Positions 36,604 to 51,945 of a stretch of DNA of 64,000 bases are shown here, one piece after another. The stretch lies in assembly GCA_964276515.1 (NCBI GenBank), contig OZ193909.1:6448001-6512000 (forward strand), in the 5' to 3' direction. Position numbers and translations under genes: made by a program. How positions within the stretch are numbered: the stretch's first letter is position 1; each line of letters opens with the position of its first letter. This stretch comes from Gordius albopunctatus (taxonomy: Eukaryota). The notes below the pieces were generated by a model, which was not told the DNA's origin, made no database searches, and saw nothing but the letters and a program-made list of their open reading frames with translations.

Positions 36604-39204
36604 TGGAAGTCGGATCGAATCGGATCAACATTTTATTTTAGTCGGATCGGATCGGATACAATAATAATTAAATTAATAATTTTTAGTATACCTTTTCGTA
36701 ATTATCTTTGCATTCTTTTTTTTACTTTACCATTTTTGATGCCCAATACCACCTCCTTACCCCTTACTTACCCTAATATATTTATCAGAATTTCCCTAGC
36801 GTTTTTCCCTAGCTAGACGTAGACACGCATCTCTTTCTATTTCATTTCAACTCAACTCCGAAAATCATCAATCACCCTCCCCTTTCCTTAAAGCACACGC
36901 GTAGCTCCTTTCCCTCTTGATTTCGGGTAATCATGAATGATGTAGCTTGCCTTCTTAGAAGCAATCTCCATGGTGCAGCAGGGGTATTGTCTGGTGTGAG
37001 TCACGCTGACTTAAGGGGAAAAAATAATGGGCGGGGGGGGGGTGTTGGAAATAATCATTTGGATTCGTAACAGCTAGCAAATACACCAATATTGTTTATC
37101 AGATTAAAAACCGTCATGGAAGAAATAATAAAAAAATTAAAAAAAAATCTTCTCAAACAAGTTAAAAAAGAAGATGGAAAAAGTCAAATTTGGAGTTACT
37201 TTGACCTTCTAAATGAAAATGATACATACACCGGTTATGTTATATGCAAGAAATGCCATCATATCTACACATATAATTCCATTCGAGGTAGTTCCCATCT
37301 TTTGCATCATAAATGTATTCCAAAAACTTCAGCTAAAAATACACTTGACAAATTTGTCACCAAACCTCTGCTGAAATCACAAAATTAAAGAAAAATTTGA
37401 AAAGCATATAATTTATTTTATTTCAAAAGATATTAGACCGTTTTCAATCGTTAACGGGGAAGGATTTAGAGCAATGCTCCAAGAAGCTCTGAATATTGGT
37501 GCCATTCATGGTCATATAAACGTTGATGAATTACTTTCAGATAGGACTACCTTAAGTAGGAATACAGCAAAACTTGCAGATGTAAGTAGAGAAGCATTAA
37601 TATTAAAGTTACTCCCCCATTTAAAAGCAAAATCATGTTCAGCCACTCTCGACCTCTGGACAGATGACTTTGTCAAAATAAACTACTTAACATTTTCTTT
37701 ACATTATATATCCCTTGGAATCCTACATAAGCATATTCTTTTCACTTCAAAAATAGACGTTGAAAAAAAACAGGGGAAAATATTTTAAGAGAAATATCTG
37801 TAAATTTTGAAAAACTTCACATCCCTACGGAATACATGAGATTGATAACTTACGTTACCGATCAGGGTTCTAACATAGTCAATGCCTTGTAAAATCATAA
37901 GCGAATGAATTGCACGTCCCATTTACTGAATACAGTACTACGAAACGTATTCAATAAAAATGATTTTACATTCCATTACCCTCAAATTAATGACTTGATA
38001 CAAGCATGCAAAAAGCTAACGACATATATGAAACAAGGTGGCAAAAATAAATATTTAAATCATACATTGCATCAAGCAATAGAAACAAGATGGAACTCCA
38101 GACTCGACATGTTTGAGAGCATATTGAAGGAGTATAAGGAACTAACCACATATCTAACTTCTATTGATATGCCAGAGAAGATAGATGTGATTGATAAAAA
38201 TTTGCTGACCAAACTAATAGAAGTACTCCGGCCGTTTAAAACGGCTTCTTTAGTTCTGGAAGCTGATCAACACCCAACTTTTCACAATATATTGATTCAA
38301 TATTACCAATTACTCAGTGATCTTTCACAATAAGACCACGAGCAAATTGATGATTTTGAAGAACATCACGAAATTAATGATCTTAAAAAAGATATTTGTA
38401 CCACCCTCAAGTCAAAATTTCTAATCACTCAACAACATAAAATTGCCACATTTTTATGCCCAAATTATCGCCAACTCAGGATGCTCCCCCCAAATGAGCG
38501 AGTAGGCGTAATTAATGAAATAAGATCCACACTAGCGTCTAAGGATTTTTTGGTAGATTCTGCAGCTGAGATTGAAAATTATGCGGCAAATAGTAGTGAT
38601 AGTCAGCCTCAAAAAAAAGACAAAAAAGTAATTAACATACATTTAAATATGTATTATGTATATATATTTTTTACATAAAATAAATTATTTAATTTATATT
38701 TTAAAATAGTTAATCAATGGGAAGATGAGCAGGAAGAAGATAAACCCCTCGATGAAATCTCAATTTACCTTTCGTTAAAAAATAAGATTGCAAATATGAT
38801 TCAAAAAAAGATTTGCTGAAATGGTGGGTTTCATATCAAACAGTCCTGCCAAGGCTTTATAAGCTGGCAAATAAATTTTTAGCTATACCTGCTACCTCTA
38901 CAACTTCGGAAAGAAATTTCTCGGTGGCTGGAAGAACATTAGAAGAAAGAAGAACGCGAATTAAACCAGAAAATTTAGATTCTTTATTATTTTTATATGA
39001 TAACATGGAATTAGTCAAATAAAATTTTATATTTCAAGTATATTAAAATTGTTATACCTTATTTTTATGTATTTTGAATTTAATCATCAATAAAAAGTTC
39101 TGTTCGTAAAATTTTAATTAAAAAATTTCGGATCGGATGGGATTTAGATTTTAAAAAACTCGGATCGGATCGGATCAAAAAAATTTGATTCCTGCACACC
39201 TCTA
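36604..39204 (+). mobile_element. Near full-length Hermes/hobo-like hAT transposon, transposase pseudogenised (37116-39022)
   Basis: BED finger (IWSYF..CKKC..HLLHHKC), DIRPFSIVNGEGF, TLDLWTDD, TDQGSN, CTSHLLN, ETRWNS and PATSTTSERNFS. Several stops and frameshifts. CGGAT subterminal repeats at both ends. Right TIR TGCACACCTCTA; left TIR not seen. Confidence 0.9.
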
Positions 39205-39239
39205 ATATAGATATGCAAATCTACAATTATATTATTTTG

Positions 39240-40940
39240 ACTTAAGGACTTGGATGTGATATTAATATAATGGGTGTTATTTAACTGCTAAGTAAATAAT
39301 TACAAATTTCTAAGTAATTTATGCTAAATATTTTAATTAAAGTGCTAAGTTTTTTATTTTTAAATGCTAAGTTTTTATTATTAAATTGCTAAGTTTTTAT
39401 TTTTATATGCTAAGTTTTTTATTAAAATGCTAAGTATTTTATTTAAAAAATCTAAATTATGAATTTTAATCAAAATGCTGAGTATTAAAAATAGAAGTTA
39501 ATAGGGTTTTAAAGCTAAAAAGGACAAAGTTTTAATGGTAATAATTTCAAAGAAAATGTTTAATTTTCAAGGATGTTATTTAAACGCTCAGTAATAAATT
39601 AAGAAATTCTCAGTAAAATGTGCTCAGTATTTTATTAAAGTGCCCAGTTAAAAATTCAAAATTGCTCAGTAAATTAACTTTAAAATGCTCAGCTTTAAAT
39701 TAAAAAATGCTCAGTAATATAAATTCATAATTTGTGATATTAATTTATTTTGCGCTTATATTTTATAAATAATATTTTAATTGGTATACAATTTATTTTA
39801 AATAAATTAAGAACTTTGCCTCCCCCCCCCCTTTTTCCCCGTTGGTTTCCCCCCCCCCCCCCTTATTTTTTACCCTTTTTCTAACTAGAGGGGAGGGGGT
39901 GATTTGCCCCTCCCCCCTTTTTACCCCTTTTCTCAACCGGAAGAAAAGGTGATTTGCCCCTCCCCCTTTTTACTCTTTTTCTCAACCCGGGGGAAGGGGG
40001 TAATTTGCCCCCCCCCCTTCTTTTTGTGAGAAAGGGGTTAAAAAAGGGGGGGGGGCAAATCACCCACCCCCCTCCCCGAGTGATAAAGAGGGTTAAAAAT
40101 AAGGGGGGACAGTCAAATCACCCCCCTCCCCTCTGGTGAGGAAGAGGGTTAAAAATAAGGGGGGTGGTCAAATCACCCCCCTCCCCCTCCCTGGTGAGGA
40201 AGAGGGTAAAAAATAGAAGAGTGATAATTTATTTTAGATTTGAATAAAAAAATATTTGTACAACTTCCTGCTATGAATTTCAACTCCTGAGCTTCCTGCT
40301 TCTTCCTCTTCGTCTGATAAATAAGCCGAGATTTGTTGGACTTCCATAATTAAGCAATTAAATGAATGTATGTCAAATTGGTGTGTGATCTTGGCGCCAA
40401 ATAACGCCAGTTATTGTTTGATCACATTCACAATGTCATATTAAATGTTATATAAAGAACAGACAGCTTAATTTGTTTTAAAATTTATAAAATCTTTTGA
40501 ATACTTAGCATAATATATTTATAAACCTAGCATATAATTAAATACTTAGCATAATTTATTTAAATTCTTAGCAAATAATTTAAATACTTGGCACAATTTA
40601 TTTAAATACTTAGCAATAATTTAAATACTTAGCATAATATATTTAAATAGTTAGCATTAGCATAATATATTTAAATACTTAGCAAAACATTAAAATACTT
40701 AGCAAACAAATAAAATACTTAGCAAAACAATAAAATATTTACCAAATTTATTTAAATAATTAGCAAATGAATAAAATACTTAGCATTTGAATTTAAAACT
40801 TAGCATTAATTTAAAAACTTAGCAAACTAATTAAATACTTAGCAAATGAATAAAATACTTAGCAATGACGCTAAAAATACTTAACAATTTGAATAAAATA
40901 CTTAGCAAATAATTTGTTGTGTAATTCCTTGCTGGTCTTA
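39240..40940. mobile_element. Foldback-like element: long inverted arms of AAATGCTAAGT/ACTTAGCA subrepeats around a G/C-run inverted core
   Basis: TGCTAAGT/TGCTCAGT repeats at 39285-39716 and ACTTAGCA repeats at 40500-40910. A related fragment lies at about 9630-9730. Confidence 0.7.
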
Positions 40941-41653
40941 AATACTCTATTAATACTGATTGTAGTTAGGCTGCTAGTTTTATCTTTTTATTATTGTAGT
41001 TTAAGAATCGCACAATTATTTTTTATATTTTTAGCACGTGTGGTTATACCATAGCCTCAACAAGGCCAGTCTTCTAGGATTTTTGCTTAAGATTTATAAC
41101 CAAGAACGACTACTTGTATTTAAGAGGACATTATTTGCGATTAATCACTGATTATTAAGGTATAGTTTATTTTCTCTAAAATCCGCGTGGACTGCACACA
41201 GAGTGAGTGTTATTAACACTAAATTTATTAAATCCGAAGGTGGGCCCACCTTCGGATTCTTCCGGTTATGCAATTGTTTCATCGGGGGCTATTATTTAAT
41301 ATGCTATACTACACAAGTATGAAAAATAGACCCGTACTACAAAACCGCGAAAGATGACGCGTATTATAATATTGCGGACAGCGAAATTAAGCGGTAAGCG
41401 CGGTAGGTAACAAGGGGAAAATGAGGACTGAATGTAGGCTGAACGATAGGTTGAGCAGCAAAGTGAGTGAATGACGCCCCCGGGCTATCCGGGCGTTTAT
41501 ATATTATTAGTTACGTAATCGGGATTTGATATGTTCTTCTTCAGTATCTCCCGTTATTTCACTGTTCCAAAACCCCAAGTCGATGTCGTCTTCGGTCGGC
41601 GGTTGCTCGGGGACTTATTGCATGAGTGAGTGAGCTTGATCGGAGAGTGGGAG

Positions 41654-42870
41654 TCATTCTCTTGAGGCTGGATCTGCGGGGTTACGGTCGGCCGGAGTCC
41701 ATTTGATGTTAAAATGGAGTGCGAGGAGGGCCTGCAGCCCAAAGTTGGCTATATAAGTACCAATGAGCTCTTCTACGATGGGTGAGTTCGACCCCATTTC
41801 ATTAACACCTAGTATGCAGTGGCTGAAGCTGTCTTTATCTGTATGTAAATGTGGCCTAGTTGTCTTCCGTAAACAAAACCTTAGCATGCGGCTAGTGTTC
41901 CTGTGAGTGTGATGTGTCCATCTCCGGGCCATGACCATCCGAGCTCCTGTGCAGTTTGGTTGAATGTGATAGATTCTAAGTGTCCTTCGCACTCGATTAG
42001 TCCGACGCGTCGGTATGGATAGTTATTGTGCCGTTCTTGTGCAGGGGCAAGGTGTCGGAAAGGACTTCCATGATGGCTTTCTGTTTGCATAGTGCTACGT
42101 GCCTGTTGAACGGAGGAGCGTCGTAAAACGGCGCAAATAACTTTTACATGCCTGTAAGATTATAATAGAATTAGTTGACGGCCCCTAGGGCTTCGAGGAG
42201 GATGATTGGATCCGGTGCGTCCCTATCCACCAGGCATAGGTAGAGCGTATCTGCTGCGTATCAAAATCTCGAGCACGTATTTGTGATTATCTTTACTGAA
42301 CTGAACCCACATCGATCTTTAGGAGCATCCCCAAGTACTCGATTGATTGTGTCGGAAAGATAGACGATTTTGGGCTGTTAATAGTTAACCCCCAATCGAA
42401 CGCCCTTGTTGCGAGGTCCTCTAGATCGAGCTGCACATTGTCGTGGTTGTCGCTAAATCTTAGCAAATCTTCAAGGTACACATTGTACTTGGACCGAGTT
42501 ATAGCTTTCATTGGCTAAGTCGGCTACTACCATTTGCAGAACGTACGGCTAGAATGAGGCTACCATCGGCAAGGCGTTGTAATGAAAAAGTTTGCGTTTC
42601 CATTTATAACCTAGGTATTTCTTGGTTGTAGGGTTTATCGGGAAAAAGAACGCTGGTTTGAGGTCCACTTTTGCCGCAAAGCGAGCCTGCGATAGCTGTT
42701 AATCCGTAAGCGGTATTTTGGCTAGTTTAAGTGGATGTGGTTTAAATTTTTTTTGGAGGCGTCAAAGAGGTCGGTGATGACCCTTGTGTCTCTGTTGGCT
42801 TTGGCTATGTAGAACATGGCTGAACGGATCGCTAGTGCGGGTGTTTGTGTAATTAAGTGTTGACTCTAAC
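41654..42870 (-). pseudogene. Degraded RT-RNase H polymerase of the DIRS/Ngaro or hepadnavirus-like (HEART) group
   Basis: Across frameshifts: MFYIAK..TRVITDL, AKVDLKPAFF, ALPM.ASF.PYVLQ, VYLEDLL, INSPKS..YLG, IHTDAS, HITLT.TLAAC, HTDK and WTPADRNPADPASRE*. Confidence 0.75.
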
Positions 42871-43019
42871 TCTATATCTCAAATTTAACGCTGTGATAGC
42901 ATTAGGAATAATTGCAGGCTGATCATGGGCATAATTGCATAAACTAGATTACATAGACAACTGATATTTAGCTTGCAAACACTTTGATTTTTCGATCAAT
43001 CGCATTTGTAAAAATTCTT

Positions 43020-43270
43020 GGCCCGTCAACTTCCCGAAAACTATCTTGCCGAATTGAATGTCCCAATGTTAAAAAATGTCCCCCAACAAAAAAGTATATT
43101 AATCATTCAATTTCGGATTAAAGTTATAATTTAGGTATTTTTTATAATAAAATTGATAATTATTATAAAAGGTACTCAATTTATGGCCTTCTTTATGATA
43201 ATGGGGAGATAATCGTTAATGTCCCAGGTTGAATTCGGCAAGATTGTTTTCGGCGAGTTGAGAGGGCACC
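43020..43270. mobile_element. MITE with about 40-bp imperfect TIRs immediately upstream of Ras
   Basis: GCCCGTCAACTTCCCGAAAACTATCTTGCCGAATT versus AATTCGGCAAGATTGTTTTCGGCGAGTTGAGAGGGC. Confidence 0.75.
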
Positions 43271-43294
43271 GTGAAAATTTATATTTCATATGAA

Positions 43295-45108
<1,814 letters not shown>

Positions 45109-45589
45109 CTCTACCCTGCCTCCTTGCATTTTCAATATCCCTCTCATACCCGATAATACCTATGTCCACATATTATACACAACGTATACAACTCATCACG
45201 CGTTTACAACTATAACAACATCCCACACAAATCTATTGAACCAACCTATGCTCAATCTCAATCCCCTTCCCGTTTCGTCCCCTTTATTATTGGTAAATAT
45301 TGCACCTTTTTACCTTTGATAGTTTTTTGGAGATATCTCCTAGGCATAAATCATTTTTAGGCGTGGCTTCTAAATTTCATGCAAGATTGTCCTGGCAGCC
45401 TTTTTAGTATCGTGAGGTGGCTATTTTGGGAATTAATATGGTCAAATTATTAATTATTCATCATTATAAAAATTGCTTGTTTTTTAATAATTTATTTTTT
45501 TATTAGCACGTTTGAGTTTTAATCGATGCCCTAATGATATATACTCCAATTACCATTTTCAAGGTTTGGAGAAAATTTGTGATTTTATT

Positions 45590-46115
45590 TAGAGGCAAAT
45601 AAAGTCTTCCTTTAGGCCCGAACCCGATGTTTTTGTTTTTTAACGGACGGACTCAATTCCTAAATCCTCGTTTAATTTTTGGCCCAAGCCCGGCCCGGAA
45701 TTTTTTTAGGTAACAGCTTTTAAACAAAGTTTTCATATGAAATTTATTTTATGTTAAATAAATTTGCAATTGATTGCTATTATTGGTTATAAATAACGAT
45801 GAATAAATATTGAGGAATCAATTTATTTTCTACAATTTAATCAACTAAGATTTTCAAATGTAATTAATCTTTTTGTATTTTTCCAACTACATAATATATT
45901 TCTACAAAGCTAGATAAATGTAACCTGTACCAAGACTATTCATCTTTTAAGTATAGCTTGTTTAATTGGAAAAAAGTATTTATAAAATGTTTTTTTAGCT
46001 AGGGTTTATTACCGGGTTCGGGCCCAAGGTTCGATAATTTTAATAATTTTTACCCGAGTCCCACTTGAAATCCTTTATGGTCAGGCCTCCGGCCCCACCC
46101 CCGTGCAAGGCTCTG
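45590..46115. mobile_element. Degenerate hAT-type MITE downstream of the Ras stop codon
   Basis: GCCCG/CGGGC subrepeats and end CCGTGCAAGGCTCTG. Confidence 0.55.
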
Positions 46116-46634
46116 ATATTATATAATATACAAAATAATATTAAAGGTTTTCAGCATTCTTAATAATCCCAATTTGATCATATAAACCTTAAATGATTTG
46201 AGGTATGTAGTAATACAATTAATAAATATTTTTCTTATTTAGGTTCAGTACCAGGTAACGAGTGCTGCTGCCCCTTGATTTTGCGATGCTCATTCAGATG
46301 TTATCAAGTGTAAGCCCCTAACCCGCATTTACCACTCCCTCTGTGTCCGCTCTCCTTTATGATTACAAGTCGTTCGCAACCACCCATCTCCATCTGCTCA
46401 TCGTTTTAGAATTTTAAACTTTAATTATTTAATTATATATATTCTACACGCACCTATACCCTTTTTAGCTCAACATTCAATCCAACTTCTCCCCTTCTTT
46501 AATGCCTCGTCTCCTAGCTGTATATTTTTCTTTATGTCGCCTTAAATTATTATCAACCATTAGTAGTATTATTAAATTTACTTCTACTTCGCAAACGACC
46601 CTCTAACTCGACTAGAATGGTGGGTACCTTCAAC

Positions 46635-46723
46635 ACACGTTAGCAATAACGTGGCCTTATGCGCCATTTGGCGTAAGAAGGGGCTCAACCTTAGATTGCA
46701 CCTACTAAGCTCTTGGCCGTCTT
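46635..46723 (+). mobile_element. 3'-end fragment of the RTE-like LINE
   Basis: Reverse-complement match to 13876-13965 (GGGGCTCAACCTTAGATTGCAC..CTAAGCTCTTGG). Confidence 0.85.
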
Positions 46724-48540
46724 CCCTCCTTACTTATATATTAGCCATAACTAATTTTCACTCTAAAAAGTTCCCGAATGTCTGAAATTAAGGACCAAAT
46801 ATGGCTCGAATTAGTTTGCAATTTGTCATTTCTCCCCGAAGCTCTGTATATCATTTTATTTCTTATCTTTACCGTCGTCGATATGTCGCAATTGATTGTA
46901 ATTGCGCATCGCATTGTATAGATCGTGTATACCCTTTTTTGTACGTGAAATAAATGCATTTTGATAATATTTATTGAAATATTAAAATGTCAATTTTTAA
47001 CGTGTCTCTTTAGTTGTTAATAGGGGGATGAAGTAGCTTCTAAACATTAACCTTTATTGGATTGGTTAAAATATTTGTTTTTGCTTAATTAGTTTGTAGT
47101 CATGGCCCGAGCTTAGATTGGAACTAGAAGAGGCAAATCAACGCACAAAATGTGTACCCTTTTTCCCACCATTTCGAAAGGCACATTGTAAAGTGGGGAT
47201 CATATCGAAATTCGTAATTTTCGCAAATAAAATAATCTTAAAAAGGTAAATTTTAAAATAAATATCATTTAAAAAATGCATAAAAATTAAAAATGTAAAA
47301 AATGCGATTAAAGTTTGTTTAATAATATAGGGCCATCAATATTAATTGCTATTTTATATAATATTAATTTATTGACGTTCGTTTTAATTTATAAACTAGT
47401 GAGGAAGGTAAATCGACTGTTTTGCCATCTTAAAAATGGAGGAAAATTTGACACACAATTAACCATATGCAACATATGGCATGAGCAGTCATCTATCTAG
47501 TCTATGAATATGATTTAGTTTTAAAATTTAAGCCATAATTATAATGAACTTTTAAGAATTTCTGGATTTAGAGGGAGGCAGGCGGCCCTCATTGCCTCTT
47601 CCTGGCTACGGCAATGTTTGTGAAGTAGATTTTAATTGTTTAATCTCTACTTATATATCATGGTTTATAAAGTCTTTGGGTTGTTTACCTTCATTTTTGT
47701 TTCCTATCGAACCGTTCATTAATGATTTATAATTAACCGTATGTTCATGGGCTTAGCTAAGGGAGAGCCGGCTGCCCCTCTCTACCTCCAAAAATTTGTG
47801 CAAAATTATGGGGCTAAAATTTTAAATAAAGATCATTTTTCTCCTCCCTAAATCATTATTGCCCCCCCCCCCTTTGATTGGCTACGCCCATTAAATTAAA
47901 TATTTTGCAACTTTTTAAATTTTTGTAATTTTTTTATGATCTTTGTATATTTACGTGCTAATAATTTTCTTGGCTGTGCAATGGGCAGTAATTTTACGTC
48001 ATATTTAAATTATAATTTTATCAACATTATACCGAGTAAGGTAAACATTTTAATTGTTTTGCAAATAAAACATCTGATGAGTGAGGTTTTAGGTTTAATA
48101 AATAATATCCATCTCATATCAGCTGCTATGAACTTAAACTTGCTACAATAGCAGGTCTACTACCTAAAAGCAGCGCATTTTATTTACCAATTTTCAACCA
48201 ATTTAATAGGATACCCATTATAAAAATAGAGATGTGCGCATAAAATGAAATATAATGACAATTTTTTTATATTTTAGGATCAATGGTAGAATCAGATTCC
48301 GAAGAGATGTAATATTTAGTTATGAGGGCTTTATCAATCCCAATATTGGCAGTTCCATTTATATGCTCGTGAGCTCCTAGCATTTCGGGCGAAGGTTGGT
48401 AATGCAATCTCTCGCTACTGCTCCGCCCAATTCTTGCCTTAAGAGGCGAGCCATTCCCTTGGCTAACTAACAAAACCTAAAAGTATATCAAATTGCATAA
48501 TATAGAATGCAAAATACGATTTAATAAATCAAAATAAAAA

Positions 48541-49007
48541 ACGATTCTTATTCCAAAAAAAAGCTGATCAGAAAAAAAGCTAAAATTTAGGAATATTTGG
48601 CAATTTCTGCGTATAGTGCATAATATCTAATTGAGAATTTAAACGTATTCTCCCGCAATTTAGATTAATCCATGGATTTAAGATTCTTTCGCAATTTAGA
48701 TTTAACCTTCTAACAGAAGTTTTTCCACCATTTTTGAATATCCCATTTTTTATACCATTTTTGAATATCTATATACTATTTTTAGATATCTTATTAATAA
48801 ATCTAATTATTATTAGATCTTATTTTTAAAAATCCTATTTTTGAATATCTAACCCATTTTTATATTTTCAATATTTAAATTTTATTTTCAAATTTGCTAT
48901 GCAACATATTCCTCATAAGACATCAAGTATATTTTAGGGTCTAGATTTTTTTATTAGCTTTTTTTCTGATCAGCTTTTTTTTCAAGAGCTTTTTTTGAAT
49001 AGAAACG
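48541..49007. mobile_element. MITE with AAAAAAAGCT subterminal inverted repeats
   Basis: AAAAAAAGCTGATCAGAAAAAAAGCTAA versus TTAGCTTTTTTTCTGATCAGCTTTTTTT. Confidence 0.7.
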
Positions 49008-51945
49008 TAAAAAACATTTAATATTTTGTCATTCAATAATTAAGAGAATTTAAAAAAGTCGCGTTCCTTTGTTGTCATTAGGTTCACGTTCCCAATAAAT
49101 TTGTATGGAAAAAGACCTCAATCATCATAGGGATGTTGTTTAAAGTTTTTATTGAGCATAGTAAAAAATTTGTCATACATCAAAAAATCGCTTGTATAAT
49201 AAAATTGAATCGCCAAAATCGAATATAACTATAGACTTATAAGACCGATGTTTGGTAAAGAAATTAGCTTACTATCAAATATATGCGGGTTTCATTTTAT
49301 AGAATATTTATACATTTTGTGCAAAGAAAAATATTTTATTGGTGATTTAAAAATCACGTTTTTTGGAACATTCTAGAGCAGAATAAATTGAAAGTTTTTT
49401 CGAATTGTTTGCTATTCTCAAAAAAATAAGAATTAAAAAAGGATTGTGATATTATAGTCATTTTCTGATCATTTATGGGTTTTCGATAATCTCATAATCA
49501 ATAATCATAGGATTAAAAAATAATTTAATTGATAATTTAAATTTTGAAACACGTATTCAAAATCATTTTCGGCTATTCTTTAAAACTGAATTAACAATAT
49601 TATATCATATATTTACATCAAAATGATCTCTAAAGTTTTAGTTGGTATTTTGGGTCAGAAATTTTTTGGGTTCATTTTAATAGTGGTACCTCCGAACCGT
49701 TAATTGCCATATTTCGATCGCTCATAGAAAATACACATTTTTGTTTAATAAATTTTGTCCCTAGTGATTTACAATATAAATAAGTAAATACGAAAAAGAT
49801 TTGATCATAAACATAATACCCTTTTTAAATATTTCTAACTATAATTTTAGACTGAACCAGTTTTAATACTTTATCAAATTATATTATCGGTCTTGGACAT
49901 GCAATGTATCAAGTCGTGCTCGAGCTACTAAATGATTTTAAAAACAAAGCTATTGGAAGGTTGGACATTTTTCGTAATATTTGAACTTAGGGGGAGTGTT
50001 AATCTTGCTCAATGACATAATCACAAATATACCATGGGCATAGCGAGGGGGGAAGGGAGGCTGAGCTGCCCCCCCCTCTAATTACACATATTTTTATGTA
50101 TTTTACGAAACTGTGATACTTAAAAAATATTCCAATTTTACCGCGGGTCAATGAGTAAATCAAGATCTTTAATGTGATAAAATTAAAAGGCATAGCAATT
50201 AAAATTCTTAACTTACCACTAGCAAAAGCGCGATCGAATAGATAGACATGATTTTAAAATCGCAAGTTAACTTATATTTTATAGCTTTACATGGCAATTT
50301 CGGAGCAACTCTCAGACGGCCTTGAACACTTTTTGGCATTGCGACTTGGAAGAACACAAGAGTTAAATCTTAATTTCGTCATAAATCATTTGCATCTCTT
50401 TTAGTCTCTTAAAAAGTTCTGGCGAAATTCCTAATTTTTTGATCTGGTAACTAACGTACACTGTTTATTAAAGACTTAATTCTATTGAGAAGCTATGAGA
50501 CGTATTATGGAATTCGGCAACATTGTATGAATTGAATTCACAATTTAATCTTAAAACAGTTTGGCAAATGAACATATATTCATCCTCTTTAAAACTAAAA
50601 GGAAACATTAGATAAATTACTCGAAATCCATAATATTATAATAACTTCACAATCATAAGCTTAACAAACTTATAGTAAAAATACAATAAACAGCATGTAT
50701 TTTGACATTTTTTATCTGTTTACGTCTTCTTGTTGTTTTGTATTAAATATTTAGTCAAAATATTGCGACAACAACGATGAATAAGGCATAGCTCATAGAA
50801 CTAGTCGGAGAAGAGGGAAAGGGATACCACTCGCCCCTGGAAAAAATTAAAATAAATAATTATTTTCTTCATAAAAAATTATTTGTATATGATGGAAGTT
50901 TTTAATTCGCAGCTTTTAGGCAAATTGTGATTTGAAATATTTTTCATCTTATAAATATATAGTAAATTTTGTTATTAATAATTTTAATGGTTGATGAATT
51001 ACATTTATCTTGCATCAATTTTATCAACTAAATTTTTTAAATTCAATATATAAATTTTTATTTATCGGTAAAAAAATAATAAAAATTTTATTAAAATTAA
51101 GAATATATTTTTACAATCTGATTAGCCTAAATTTGAATGATAAGGTGGCAATAATGATTAAAAGAGGGACATAATAATAGTTATCGCTTGTTTTAGCCAT
51201 AATTCCATAAAATACTCAGGACTTTTAGGTTGGGATGGGAAGCATCTATGCCTCCTTTTCGTTACGCGCATGGTTTACAGAGATGAGAGGCTAGTGTTTG
51301 AAAAGCCTAATTATGAACCCTTAAATTATATTGCTTATAATTAGTGTTTATTTAATTAAAAAAAATAAATTCTTTGCGGCTTGCTTCTGGTCAGGGCTTT
51401 ATTGCCCGAGCGCGATCCAAAATCCTCTCGGGCCTCACGTGTATGACTACTCTAGGTGGGCGGGGGCGTTATAGATAAAATTATAACATCCCTCTTTCTA
51501 GAGGCGTGTCAAATGTCACTTGATAGAAAACCCAAACATTGTATACTGCCCTAGAGCTTGTCTTAATATCAGATTCAGATTCAAATCGCGCTAATTTATC
51601 TTTGTCTAAATATCCGATTCGATTTCATGAGGCAAACTCGCTTGTAATTATTAATATTTTGTTTTTTTATAGTTAAAAACGTTTTTCAGATTATTTTAAA
51701 TCTTGAGATTAAATCTAAACTTTGATGTTACCTAAAAATTCAAAAACATACAACATTTAAGCTTAGGAAAAATTTTGCATCTTACAAAATCGCTGTTATG
51801 TTATGCGTCTGAAATGTAACTCTGCTGCGAATTCGAAGTTAAGACATGACTATGTTATATATAACCCATGGGACGATTTTTGATGCGCAGCAAAATCCGA
51901 TATTAAGACAAGCCCATAATGAAGCCTTTTCTTAAATCAAGGGTA

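Noticed and set aside
39881..40139. Pro/Gly/Lys-rich ORFs on both strands
   Set aside because: Translation artefacts of G/C homopolymer repeats.
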